Shown here: piece after piece, positions 18,065 to 27,335 of the stretch
How positions within the stretch are numbered: the first letter of the stretch is position 1
Layout: every line of letters starts with the position of its first letter
Assembly (NCBI GenBank): GCA_963667465.2
Contig: CAXXDN010000001.1
Coordinates: 864,001-928,000 of the forward strand
Source of the DNA: Dehalococcoidia bacterium
Lineage (GTDB): Bacteria; Chloroflexota; Dehalococcoidia; UBA2979
Direction: 5' to 3'
Length of the DNA stretch: 64,000 nt
The notes under the pieces: model-generated
What the model was told of the DNA's origin: nothing
The model's database searches: none
The model's input: only the letters and a program-made list of their open reading frames with translations
Translations under genes and position numbers: made by a program

Positions 18065-18910
18065 ATGGCCAACACCACAAACGTAGGAGATGTGAGCGTC
18101 GAATACCCGGCCGAGGGCGTCGGCATGGTGGTGATCAACAACCCGCCGATGAACATGTGGTACCTCGGTCTTGCCAAGAAGATGGCGGACGGCATGGACG
18201 AGGTGCGCGAGTCCGGCGCGAAGGTGCTGATCCTCGCCTCCGACACGCCCGGCTACTTCCTCGCCCACATGTCCCTGCAGGACAGCATTGACATCGCCGA
18301 GGGCCGCGATCCGACCGGCGACTTCGTGGGAATGGCCAAGTGCGGGGCCGAGCTGCGGCTTGGCCCGATGGTCTCGATCGCCGTCAACAACGGCCAGTGC
18401 TGGGGCGGTGGCTGCGAGCTCTTCTCGACCGCCAACCTGCGTGTCGCGGGCGAGTCCGCCACGTTCGGCCAGCCCGAGGTGATCATGGGCTCGATGGCTG
18501 CCGGCGCCGGCACCTCGCGCATTCCGCGCGTGATCGGCGAGGCGCGCGCGATGGAGCTGCTGCTCGATGGCCGCCCGATCACCGCGCGCAAGGCGCTGCA
18601 CTGGGGCTTCGTGAACCGCGTCTTCCCGGACGACAAGCTCCGCGAGGAGACGATCAAGTGGGCGGCGCTGATCGCGTCCCGCCCGGCGTACACGCTGCAG
18701 GCGATCAAGCGGTCGATCGGCAAGGGCCTCGACCTCGCCTCGCACAAGGAGGCGTTCGCCAACGAGTACCAGGTCAACCGGGACATGATCGAACCGCACG
18801 CGGACGAGAACATGGTCCTCCGCAAGGCGATCCAGGAGCGCTACAACGCTGGTGGCGACTCCTACGACGCCTGGCAGATCGAGCGCGAGGTCATCGACTG
18901 GGACGACTAG
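18065..18910 (+). CDS. Enoyl-CoA hydratase/isomerase family
   Basis: NNPPMN, GQCWGGGCEL, FGQPEV, ALHWGFVNRV. Confidence 0.85.
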   Translation: MANTTNVGDVSVEYPAEGVGMVVINNPPMNMWYLGLAKKMADGMDEVRESGAKVLILASDTPGYFLAHMSLQDSIDIAEGRDPTGDFVGMAKCGAELRLGPMVSIAVNNGQCWGGGCELFSTANLRVAGESATFGQPEVIMGSMAAGAGTSRIPRVIGEARAMELLLDGRPITARKALHWGFVNRVFPDDKLREETIKWAALIASRPAYTLQAIKRSIGKGLDLASHKEAFANEYQVNRDMIEPHADENMVLRKAIQERYNAGGDSYDAWQIEREVIDWDD

Positions 18911-19009
18911 CCTCGCCACAGGGCCGGCCCGCGAGCGGGCCCTGGCTACGTGCGTAGACGTTTGCGGCCCGCCATCACGGCGGGCCGCAACTGTGTTGGG
19001 AGCAGGCCG

Positions 19010-19660
19010 ATGACGCAGACCCGGATCACGATCGACAGCGCCGGCGTCAGCCTCGAGGGCGTCCTCGAGCTGCCCGATGGGGCGGACGCAGAATCGCCCT
19101 GCGCCGCAGTCGTCATCTGCCACCCGCACCCCCTCTACGGCGGGTCGATGGACAACAACGTGGTGGCGGCGGTCGCGGCCGGGCTGCGCCAGCACGGCAT
19201 CGGCGCGCTGATGTTCAACTTCCGCGGCGTCGGCGGCAGCGCCGGCGCGCCCGGCGACCGCGACGAGGCGCTCGTCGACGCGCGCGCCGTGCTCGCCTTC
19301 GCCGCGGACGTCGACGCGGTCGACGGGTCGCGGGTCGGCCTCGCCGGCTACTCGTTCGGCAGCGGGGTCGCGGCCGCGGCCGCCGCGTCCTCGATCCCCG
19401 CGCTCGCCCTGATCGCGCTGCCGATCTCGATGGCGGACGAGGGCCGGGCCGCCCTCGCTGCCTGCGCCAACCCGCTGCTGCTGCTCTCCGGCTCCGCCGA
19501 CAGCGGCAGCGGCGAGGACGGCCTGCGCGAGCTGGCGGAGAGCACGGGCGGCCCCGCGAGCGTCGAGATAGTCCCCGGCGCCGACCACTTCTGGTGGGGC
19601 CACGAGGCCGCCATCACCCGCATCGCGGGCGACTTCTTCGCGGACGCGCTCTCGGTCTAG
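19010..19660 (+). CDS. Alpha/beta-fold hydrolase
   Basis: CHPHPLYGGSMDN, FNFRGVG, GYSFG nucleophile motif, GADHFW. Confidence 0.88.
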   Translation: MTQTRITIDSAGVSLEGVLELPDGADAESPCAAVVICHPHPLYGGSMDNNVVAAVAAGLRQHGIGALMFNFRGVGGSAGAPGDRDEALVDARAVLAFAADVDAVDGSRVGLAGYSFGSGVAAAAAASSIPALALIALPISMADEGRAALAACANPLLLLSGSADSGSGEDGLRELAESTGGPASVEIVPGADHFWWGHEAAITRIAGDFFADALSV

Positions 19661-19715
19661 CGTCGCCGGAGGACCCTGATCCGCGTCGGCTCCCCAACGG
19701 CGGGCTGCGCCCGCT

Positions 19716-19920
19716 CCCCCTCCCCCCCGCCCTCTCCCGCCGGGAGAGCGGGGACCGGACCTGCCGCCGGTGGTTGGGTGCGCCCTCGAAACCTCCGGGG
19801 TGGGGCGTGGGGGCGAAGCCCCCACAGAAGGAGAATCCGGGGGCGGGTGGGAGGGCCAGAGCGGCGCGCAGCGCGTGCTCGTCCGGGATGGGGGTGTGGG
19901 GGGGCACAGCCGCCCCGCAA
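19716..19920. repeat. Cluster of REP-like palindromes between convergent genes
   Basis: CCCTCTCCCGCCGGGAGAGCGGG, GTGGGGGCGAAGCCCCCAC and GTGGGGGGGCACAGCCGCCCCGC hairpins. Confidence 0.55.
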
Positions 19921-19954
19921 GAGACGCGCGCCTGTCTTCCAGGCTCCGGTCCGG

Positions 19955-21391
19955 CTACGTGGTCGTCGCCTCCTCCGCGCGGCGGGCGATGGCGTGCGGG
20001 AGGCTGGAGAAGATGCTCCGGTGGATCGGCCACAGGGCGTACCAGTAGAGCAGCCCCAGCACGCCCGCCGGGTGGAAGTGCGCGTGCAGCACCACAGTCG
20101 AGCCGCCCTCGCGCGGCTCGACGGCCAGCTCGAGGACGGCCGAGCCCGGCAGCTTCATCTCCGCCACTAACGTCAGCCGCCTCCCCGGCTCCACCGCCTC
20201 GACGCGCCAGAAGTCGAGCGGGTCGCCCGCGCGCAACTCGCGAGGATGGCGACGCCCGCGGCGCATCCCCACCCCGCCCAACAGCCGGTCGAACAGGCCG
20301 CGCATCCGCCAGAGCGAGGTTGCGTAGTACCAGCCGCTGTCGCCGCCGATCGCGGCGATCTGCGCCCACGCCGCCTCGGGCGGCGCGCTGCTCTGCACCG
20401 TGTAGCGGACGGACTTCCCGTAGTAGGAGAAGTCGTGCCGCTCCTGGCGGAAGCGGAACGCGCCCTCCGTCCAGCGGATCGGCAGCGCCGCGTTCGTCTC
20501 TGCCTCGAGGGCGGCGCGTACCGCCTGCTCGTAGCTGCGCGGCTCGTGCGGGATCAGCTCGCGCAGCTCGTCCGGGCGCTCGGAAACGAGGTCGTGCTTC
20601 AGTCCGTCGATCAACGGCCGCGCCACGCTCGCCGGGACCGAGGTGACGAGGTCCAGCCACCACGAGGAGAGCCCGGGGCTGAGCACGGGCACGGGGATGA
20701 TCCGCAGCGCCTTCCCGATCACACCCGCGAACTGCAGCAGCAGCTCCTCGTAGGTCAGCGTCTCTGGCCCGACGGCGTCGAAGCTGCGCCCCGCCGTCTC
20801 CTCGTGCTCGGGGAGGCGTACGAGCACCTCGAGCAGGTCGTCGAGCGCGATCGGCTGGCTGCGGGAGCGCACCCAGCGAGGCGTGACCATGACCGGCAGG
20901 TGATAGACGAGGTCGCGGATCACCTCGAAGGCGGCGGAGCCCGGGCCGACCACGATGCCGGCTCGCAGCTCGGTGACGGGCACGGAGCCCGCGCGCAGGT
21001 ACTCGCCGGTCTCGCGGCGCGAGCGCAGGTGCGGCGAGGCCGCCTGCGGCGGCTGCAGCCCGCCGAGATAGATGATGCGGCGCACGCCCGCGCGTTCGGC
21101 CGTCATGCGGAAGCGGTCCGCCGCCTCGCGATCGCGATGGGCGAAGTCGCGCCCGGCCGCCATCGAGTGCACGAGGTAGTAGGCGATCTCGATGCCCTCG
21201 AGGACGCGCTCCAGCGAGACCAGGTCGAGCGCGTTCGCCTCGGCGATCTCGACGCCGTCCCAGCCGCGCGCCTCGAGCGCGGCGCGGCGTCGCGACGAGG
21301 CGCGCACGCGGTAGCCGCGCTCCACCAAGCGCGGCACCAGGTGGGTACCGATGTACCCGCTCGCGCCGAGGACGAGGACGGACGTGGTCAC
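19955..21391 (-). CDS. NAD(P)-binding atypical SDR with C-terminal DUF2867 (YbjT-like)
   Basis: GASGYIG, YYLVHSM, HLRSR, IGGDSGWY, GDPLDFWRVE, AEMKLPG, HPAGVLGLLYWY. Confidence 0.88.
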   Translation of the reverse strand: MTTSVLVLGASGYIGTHLVPRLVERGYRVRASSRRRAALEARGWDGVEIAEANALDLVSLERVLEGIEIAYYLVHSMAAGRDFAHRDREAADRFRMTAERAGVRRIIYLGGLQPPQAASPHLRSRRETGEYLRAGSVPVTELRAGIVVGPGSAAFEVIRDLVYHLPVMVTPRWVRSRSQPIALDDLLEVLVRLPEHEETAGRSFDAVGPETLTYEELLLQFAGVIGKALRIIPVPVLSPGLSSWWLDLVTSVPASVARPLIDGLKHDLVSERPDELRELIPHEPRSYEQAVRAALEAETNAALPIRWTEGAFRFRQERHDFSYYGKSVRYTVQSSAPPEAAWAQIAAIGGDSGWYYATSLWRMRGLFDRLLGGVGMRRGRRHPRELRAGDPLDFWRVEAVEPGRRLTLVAEMKLPGSAVLELAVEPREGGSTVVLHAHFHPAGVLGLLYWYALWPIHRSIFSSLPHAIARRAEEATTT

Positions 21392-21397
21392 GGCTGC

Positions 21398-22804
21398 CTA
21401 CGCTGCCCAGGCCGCCTCGTCGGCGCCGGGGAGCGGGGGCGGGCTGGTCCAGCGCGGCGGCGTCTCGGAGAGCACGCCCGCCGGGCGCACGTAGGCGAGG
21501 TCGCCCCAGTCGCTCGCCATCGGGGCGGTGAGGTCGCCGATGTCCTCGACGCCCGGGTCGCGCTCGGCGGGCTCGTCGACGCGGCCGAGGGCGTCGAACC
21601 AGCGGCCGGTCTGCGCGAGCGAGACGCGGATCTCGTAGCTGCCGCCCTCGCGCGCGCGGCGCGTCAGCGCCGTCATCACGGCCGCCGCTGCGAGGTAGCC
21701 GACCGAGTGGTCGAGCGCCTGCGCCGGCAACGGGCGCACCTCCTCGCCGGCGCGCAGGCCGCCCTCCAGCGCGATCCCGGAGGCCGTCTGCACGAGGCTG
21801 TCGTAGCCGCGGCGGTGCGACCAGGGACCGGCCTCGGACCAGGCCGAGAGCGAGAGGTAGACGATGCCCGGCCGCTGCTCGCGGATCGCCTCGAAGCCGT
21901 ACCCGCGCCCGGCGAGCGTGCCCGGGCGGTAGCCCTGCACGACGACGCCGGCCCCGGCGGCGAGCTCGCGCAGCCGCTGCTGGCCTGCCTCCTCGCGCAG
22001 GTCGAGGAAGGCGAAGCGCTTGCCGAAGCTCGTGTCGGCGGCGAGCCGCCGCGAGAGTGGCAGGTGCTCCGCGCCGACGCGCAGCACCTCCGCGCCGTAG
22101 GAGGCGAGCGTGCGCCCGCAGAGCGGCCCCGCGATGACGCGTGTCAGGTCCAGTACGCGCACGCCGCTGAGCGGCAGCTCGTCTCCGGAAGCGGGCGCCT
22201 CCGGCAGCGGCTCGGGCGGCGAGCCGTCGTCGTGGCGCACGATCGTGAGCAGCGGGAGTGTCGCCAGCGCCTGGCCCTGCGGGTGCGCGTGCCACTCGTC
22301 GCGGCTGCGCAGCATGAAGGCGCAGGAGCGCGCCGCGATCACCGTCTCCTCGAGGTCGAAGGCGTTCCACTGCGCGCAGGCGCGCGCGATGTCGTCGCGG
22401 TCCTCCTCGGCGCCCAGCACCTCCAGCGTGCGCGCCCGGAAGTGCGGGAAGTTGCAGTGGAGGTGGATGTAGCGGCCGTCGGCGGTGGGGTAGTAGCCGG
22501 AGACGTCGTGCCACTGCTCGCCGACCGGTCTGCCGCCGGCGCGCAGCAGCCGCTCGCTGCGGTAGGTGACAGAGGCGTGGCGCGCGTCGATCTCCGCCTG
22601 CTGCCAGCGTCCCGTGCGCTCGCGCCACACCCGTGCCGCCGCCAGCGCCGCTGCGCCGACCGTCGCCGTAGCCGCCGTGTCGACGCCAAAGTGCGAGGCG
22701 TACATCGGCTGCTCGTTGTAGATGCGGATGTGCTCGAGGTCGCCCGGGTCGCCGCCGAGGGCGTCCCAGACTCCCGCCACTGCCTCGCTGCGCGATGTGA
22801 CCAC
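21398..22804 (-). CDS. Family III CoA transferase (CaiB/BaiF)
   Basis: PLSGVRVLDLTRVIAGP, GKR...LDL, QGYRPG, RRGYDSLVQ, QALDH. Start approximate. Confidence 0.85.
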   Translation of the reverse strand: MVTSRSEAVAGVWDALGGDPGDLEHIRIYNEQPMYASHFGVDTAATATVGAAALAAARVWRERTGRWQQAEIDARHASVTYRSERLLRAGGRPVGEQWHDVSGYYPTADGRYIHLHCNFPHFRARTLEVLGAEEDRDDIARACAQWNAFDLEETVIAARSCAFMLRSRDEWHAHPQGQALATLPLLTIVRHDDGSPPEPLPEAPASGDELPLSGVRVLDLTRVIAGPLCGRTLASYGAEVLRVGAEHLPLSRRLAADTSFGKRFAFLDLREEAGQQRLRELAAGAGVVVQGYRPGTLAGRGYGFEAIREQRPGIVYLSLSAWSEAGPWSHRRGYDSLVQTASGIALEGGLRAGEEVRPLPAQALDHSVGYLAAAAVMTALTRRAREGGSYEIRVSLAQTGRWFDALGRVDEPAERDPGVEDIGDLTAPMASDWGDLAYVRPAGVLSETPPRWTSPPPLPGADEAAWAA

Positions 22805-22838
22805 GATCTGCCGCCCCTCTTCGTGCCTGCCGAAGAGG

Positions 22839-24326
22839 CTACCCGCCGTCCTTGCCATCCGGCCAGCGGAGCACCGGTCGCCGGGCGGCCGTCGCCTCGT
22901 CGAGGCGGCCGAGGGGGGCGGTCCACGGTGCGCCGTGCAGCGTCTCGGGATCCTCGGCGGACTCCCCGGCGATCGCGATCAGCGCCTCGGCGAGCGCCTC
23001 GATTGCTTCGGGCGGCTCGGTCTCGGTCGGCTCGAGCATCAGCGCCTCTTCGACGATCAGCGGGAAGTAGACCGTCGGCGGGTGGAAGCCGTGGTCGATC
23101 AGCCGCTTGGCGATGTCGTAGGTGCGCACGCCGTACTCGCGGCGCTGGCGCGTGCCGGAGAACACCACCTCGTGCAGCACGGGGCGGTCGTAGGGCAGGT
23201 CGTAATGGCCGTGCATCAGCACGCGCAGATAGTTGGCGTTGAGCACGGCCTGTCCGGAGACGGCGCGCAGGCCCGCGAGGCCGAGCGCACGCATGTAGGC
23301 GTAGGCGCGGATCAGCACGCCGATGTTGCCGTGGAACTGCTGGAGCCGGCCGATGCTGCGCTCCGGCGCCGTGAGGCGCACGAGGCCCGCCGCGTCCTCC
23401 TCGAGCACGGGCGTCGGCAGGTACGGGGCCAGTTCCTCGCTGCAGCAGACGGGCCCGGCACCGGGTCCGCCGCCGCCGTGCGGGGTGCTGAAGCTCTTGT
23501 GCAGGTTGAGGTGGACGACATCGAAGCCGAGGTCGCCGTAGCGCACACGGCCCATGATCGCGTTGAGGTTGGCGCCGTCGCCGTAGAGGTAGGCGCCGGC
23601 CTCGTGGATCAGGTCCGCCACCTCCTCGATGCCGTTCTCCCAGAGGCCGAGCGTGTTCGGGACGGTGACCATCATTGCGGCGACAGTCTCGTCCAGCTCG
23701 CGCTCGATGGTGGCGCGGTCCAGCGAGCCGTCGGGGCCGGTCGGAATCTGCGTGACCGTGAAGCCTGCCATCGCCGCCGTCGCCGGGTTCGTCCCGTGCG
23801 CCGAGTCCGGCACGAGGATGCGGCGTCGGGTTTCCAGCTCGCCGCGGTCCTCGAGGGCGCGCGTGATCATCAGCACGCCCGCAAGTTCGCCGTGCGCGCC
23901 GGCGGCCGGGGCGAGGCTGACCGCGGGCAGGCCCGTGATCTCGGCGAGGCCGCGGCGCAGCTCCAGCAAGGTGCGCAGCGTGCCCTGCGCGTCCTCCTCG
24001 GCGGCCTGCGGATGCGCGGTCGCGAAGCCGGGCAGCGAGGCCACGAGATCGTCGACCTTCGGGTTGTATTTCATCGTGCAGGACCCCAGCGGGTAGGTGC
24101 CGGAGTCGATTCCGTAGTTCAGCGCGGAAAGCGCCGTGTAGTAGCGCACGAGGCCACCCTGGCTCAGCTCCGGCAGCCGCACCGCGTCGCGCAGCAGGTG
24201 CGCGTCCGGCAGCGGCGTCTGCTCCCCGTCCCACGAGGGCACGTCGACGGCGCGGCGGCCGGCCGTGCTGCGGTCGAAGCTCAGCTGCGCGCCGAAGTCC
24301 TCGCTGCGGGGCCGGTGCGCACTCAT
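22839..24326 (-). CDS. gcvPB: Glycine dehydrogenase subunit 2
   Basis: YPLGSCTMKYNPK, PDSAHGTNPA, DGANLNA, HLNLHKSFSTPHGGGGPG, EPTETE. Confidence 0.95.
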   Translation of the reverse strand: MSAHRPRSEDFGAQLSFDRSTAGRRAVDVPSWDGEQTPLPDAHLLRDAVRLPELSQGGLVRYYTALSALNYGIDSGTYPLGSCTMKYNPKVDDLVASLPGFATAHPQAAEEDAQGTLRTLLELRRGLAEITGLPAVSLAPAAGAHGELAGVLMITRALEDRGELETRRRILVPDSAHGTNPATAAMAGFTVTQIPTGPDGSLDRATIERELDETVAAMMVTVPNTLGLWENGIEEVADLIHEAGAYLYGDGANLNAIMGRVRYGDLGFDVVHLNLHKSFSTPHGGGGPGAGPVCCSEELAPYLPTPVLEEDAAGLVRLTAPERSIGRLQQFHGNIGVLIRAYAYMRALGLAGLRAVSGQAVLNANYLRVLMHGHYDLPYDRPVLHEVVFSGTRQRREYGVRTYDIAKRLIDHGFHPPTVYFPLIVEEALMLEPTETEPPEAIEALAEALIAIAGESAEDPETLHGAPWTAPLGRLDEATAARRPVLRWPDGKDGG

Positions 24327-25690
24327 GCCGCGCCTCCGATCTCCGTGAGCGCCGCGATGAGCGCAGCGACGTGCGCGTCCGGCGTCGCCTCGGTGACGGC
24401 GAAGAGCAGCGCGTCGCGCGCCTCCGGCTCCGGGCGGTCGGAGACATCGAGGCCGGCGGTGACGCCGCGCTCGGCAAGTGCGGCGGCGAGCGTCGCGGCG
24501 GGGACGGAGCCGCGCACGAGGAACTCCTGGAACCATGGCCCGCGTTCGGGTACCGCGAAGCCGGGCAGCGCGGCGACGCGCGCGGCGGCCGCGTGGGCGC
24601 GCTGATAGCAGAGCTCCGCGGCCTCGCGCAGGCCGCGCGGGCCGAGCGCCTGCACCGTGACGGTGAAGGCGAGCGCGATCAGCGCCTGCGCCGTCGAGAC
24701 GTTCGAGGTGGCGCGCTCGCGGCGGATGAACTGCTCGCGCGCTTGCAGTGTCAGCACGTAGCCGGTGCGCGGCTCGCCGCCGTCCGGCGGGGCCTCCAGC
24801 TCCTTCGTGCGGCCGACGATACGGCCGGGCATCTGCCGCAGGTACTGCTGCCGCGCCGCGAAGAGCCCGACCGACGGTCCGCCGTACGCCGGCGCACCCG
24901 CGAGGTCGCGCCCCTCGCCCGTCACGATGTCGGCGCCCGCGTCGCCGGGGGAGCGCAGCAGCCCGAGCGCGAACGGGTCGGCGACCGTCACGAACAGCGC
25001 GCCGGCCGCGTGCGCCGCCTCGGCGAGCGGCTCGAGGTCCACGATCGTGCCAAGGAAGTCCGGCTGCTGTGCGACCAGGCAGGCGTGCTCCTCGGTCGCC
25101 TCGTCACCCGAGGTCACGAGGTCGACACGGATGCCCGCGCCACGGGCGTAGGTGCGGACCACGTCGGCAGTGCCGGGGTGGATCGGTTCGAGCAGCGCGA
25201 CGGCGCCGCGGCGTGTCGCGCGCGCGGCCAGCAGGCAGGCCTCGGCGGTGGCGCTCGCCACGTCGTAGAGGCCGGTGTTGGAGACGTCCATGCCGGTCAG
25301 CTCGCAGACGACGGATTGGTACTCGAAGGCGGTCTGCAGCGTGCCCTGGCTGATCTCCGGCTGGTACGGCGTGTAGGCCGTGACGAACTCCGAGCGCGAG
25401 GTCAGGTGGGCGGCGATCGAGGGGATCGAGCGCCGGTACGCGCCCGCCCCGAGGAAGTTCGGCCGCCCCGGGTCGGCGTTCGCGGCTGCTCGTTCCTCGA
25501 GCAGCGCGATCAGCTCCGGCTCCGTCAGCTGGGCGGGGAGGTCAATCGAGGGGTCGCGGTACGCGGCGGGGAGGTCGGCGAAGAGCGCGTCGAGATCCTC
25601 GACGCCGACGCGTTCGAGCATCCGCGCGCGATCGGCTGCGGTGGCCGGAATGTACGGATGGGGCGACCCCGCGAACGACGAGGACGCCAA
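24323..25690 (-). CDS. gcvPA: Glycine dehydrogenase subunit 1
   Basis: FLGAGAY, TAYTPYQPEISQG, MPGRIVG, REQFIRRERATSN. Confidence 0.95.
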   Translation of the reverse strand: MASSSFAGSPHPYIPATAADRARMLERVGVEDLDALFADLPAAYRDPSIDLPAQLTEPELIALLEERAAANADPGRPNFLGAGAYRRSIPSIAAHLTSRSEFVTAYTPYQPEISQGTLQTAFEYQSVVCELTGMDVSNTGLYDVASATAEACLLAARATRRGAVALLEPIHPGTADVVRTYARGAGIRVDLVTSGDEATEEHACLVAQQPDFLGTIVDLEPLAEAAHAAGALFVTVADPFALGLLRSPGDAGADIVTGEGRDLAGAPAYGGPSVGLFAARQQYLRQMPGRIVGRTKELEAPPDGGEPRTGYVLTLQAREQFIRRERATSNVSTAQALIALAFTVTVQALGPRGLREAAELCYQRAHAAAARVAALPGFAVPERGPWFQEFLVRGSVPAATLAAALAERGVTAGLDVSDRPEPEARDALLFAVTEATPDAHVAALIAALTEIGGAA

Positions 25691-25692
25691 CG

Positions 25693-26088
25693 TCAGCTCG
25701 CCGGAAGCTGCGCGCCGTAGGCGTCAGCGTCGAGGAGGTCGTCGAGTTCGGATTCGTCCGAGATGCGCACGCGGATCAACCAGCCCTCGTCGTAGGGCGA
25801 GTCGTTGACCAGCTCGGGCTGCTCTTCGAGCTCCCCGTTGGCGGCGAGCACCTCGCCACTGATCGGGGCGTAGAGGTCGGAGACGGTCTTCACGGACTCG
25901 ATCTCGCCGAAGCGCTCACCCGCGCTGATCTCGTCGCCCTCGGCGGGGAGATCGAGGTAGACGACGTCGCCGAGCTGGTCCTGGGCAAAGTCCGTGATGC
26001 CGATCACGGCCTCGTCGGGGCTGTCCTCGTTGCGGCGCAGCCACTCGTGGTCGCTGGTGTAGCGCAGGTCGTCGGGAATCGTCGTCAT
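25693..26088 (-). CDS. gcvH: Glycine cleavage H protein
   Basis: HEW, GITDFAQDQLGD, lipoyl site ESVK, NDSPYDEGW. Confidence 0.95.
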   Translation of the reverse strand: MTTIPDDLRYTSDHEWLRRNEDSPDEAVIGITDFAQDQLGDVVYLDLPAEGDEISAGERFGEIESVKTVSDLYAPISGEVLAANGELEEQPELVNDSPYDEGWLIRVRISDESELDDLLDADAYGAQLPAS

Positions 26089-27203
26089 GACTGCCTCGGC
26101 TTCCGGTAGAACGGACGGCGCACGACCTCGACGGGGAGCGCTCGGCCGCGGACGTCGACGGTGAGGTTGACACCGGGACTCGCAAGCTGGGCGGGAAGGT
26201 AGGCCATGCCGATGCCGATCCGCAAGCTGGGGCTAAAGGCGCCGCTCGTGAGCCTCGCGACGGCCTCCCCGCCGTCCGCCGCGTGCACCGCGTAGCCCGA
26301 GCGCAGCACCCCGCGCTCCTGCGCCACGACGTGCGCGAGCCGCCGCGTGCGCGGCTCCGCCTTCAGCGCGGCGAGGGCCTCGCGGCCGGTGAACGGCGCC
26401 TCGTCGTCGAGGCTCACTGCGAAGCCGAGGCCCGACTCGAAGGGGTGCGTGGTCTCGTCGATGTCGTTGCCGTGCAGCGGCAGCGCCGCCTCGAGGCGCA
26501 GCGTGTCGCGCGCGCCGAGTCCGGCGGGCGTCGCACCGCCCCCGGTGAGGGCGTCCCAGAGGTCAGCCGCCCGGTCGGCGCCGACGATGCACTCGCCGCC
26601 GTCCTCGCCGGTGTAGCCGGTGCGGGCGACGAGCACCGGCGTTCCGTTCCAGTCGAGCTCCGCGCAGTCGCGCGGTTCGAGGGCAGCGAAGCCCTTGCCG
26701 AGGACACTGCTCAGCAGGGTGACCGCGGCCGGGCCCTGCACGGCGAGCATCACGGTCTCGGGTGTGACCTCGGAGGCGGCGTCGCCGGCGACGGCCTGCA
26801 CGCGCTCGAAGTCCTTGTCGGCGTTGGCGGCGTTGTGGATGACCAGCCAGCGATCTCCGGGCAGGTGGTAGATGAAGACGTCGTCCTCGATGCCCCCGGC
26901 CGCGTTGCAGTAGAGCGAGTAGTGCGCCTTGCCCACGGGCAGCGTCGTCACGTCGAAGGTGGTTACCGAGCGCAGCAGCGAGGCGGCCTGCGGCCCCTCC
27001 ACCCAGGCGCGCGCGAGGTGCGAGACGTCGAAGACGCCGACGCGCTCGCGGACGGCCTCGTGCTCTCCGACGATGCCGCCGTACTGGAGCGGCAGCTCCC
27101 ACCCGGCAAAGGGTGCGAAGCGCGCGCCGAGCGCCTCATGCCGCTCGCGCAATACGAGCTCCGTGAGCCCGCTCCCGCCTCCGGATCCACCCGCTTCCGC
27201 CAT
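26085..27203 (-). CDS. gcvT: Aminomethyltransferase (glycine cleavage T protein)
   Basis: FAGWELP, FDVSH, AVQGP, RTGYTGEDG, GLGARDTLRLEA, PFY. Confidence 0.95.
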   Translation of the reverse strand: MAEAGGSGGGSGLTELVLRERHEALGARFAPFAGWELPLQYGGIVGEHEAVRERVGVFDVSHLARAWVEGPQAASLLRSVTTFDVTTLPVGKAHYSLYCNAAGGIEDDVFIYHLPGDRWLVIHNAANADKDFERVQAVAGDAASEVTPETVMLAVQGPAAVTLLSSVLGKGFAALEPRDCAELDWNGTPVLVARTGYTGEDGGECIVGADRAADLWDALTGGGATPAGLGARDTLRLEAALPLHGNDIDETTHPFESGLGFAVSLDDEAPFTGREALAALKAEPRTRRLAHVVAQERGVLRSGYAVHAADGGEAVARLTSGAFSPSLRIGIGMAYLPAQLASPGVNLTVDVRGRALPVEVVRRPFYRKPRQS

Positions 27204-27335
27204 ACATCGAATGTATAGCCGCACCGCGTAGCGGGCTACCACGGATTCGATACTTTTTTCCATCGCGCAGTGTGTGAATCGCCGGGGTAGCGGGCGGCGC
27301 TGCGGCGGCCGGCTCGGCGGCGGCGAGGCGGCGTG

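Noticed and set aside
27204-27335. Glycine riboswitch upstream of gcvT
   Set aside because: No GGAGA...CCGAAG...CTCAGG aptamer pattern on the coding strand.
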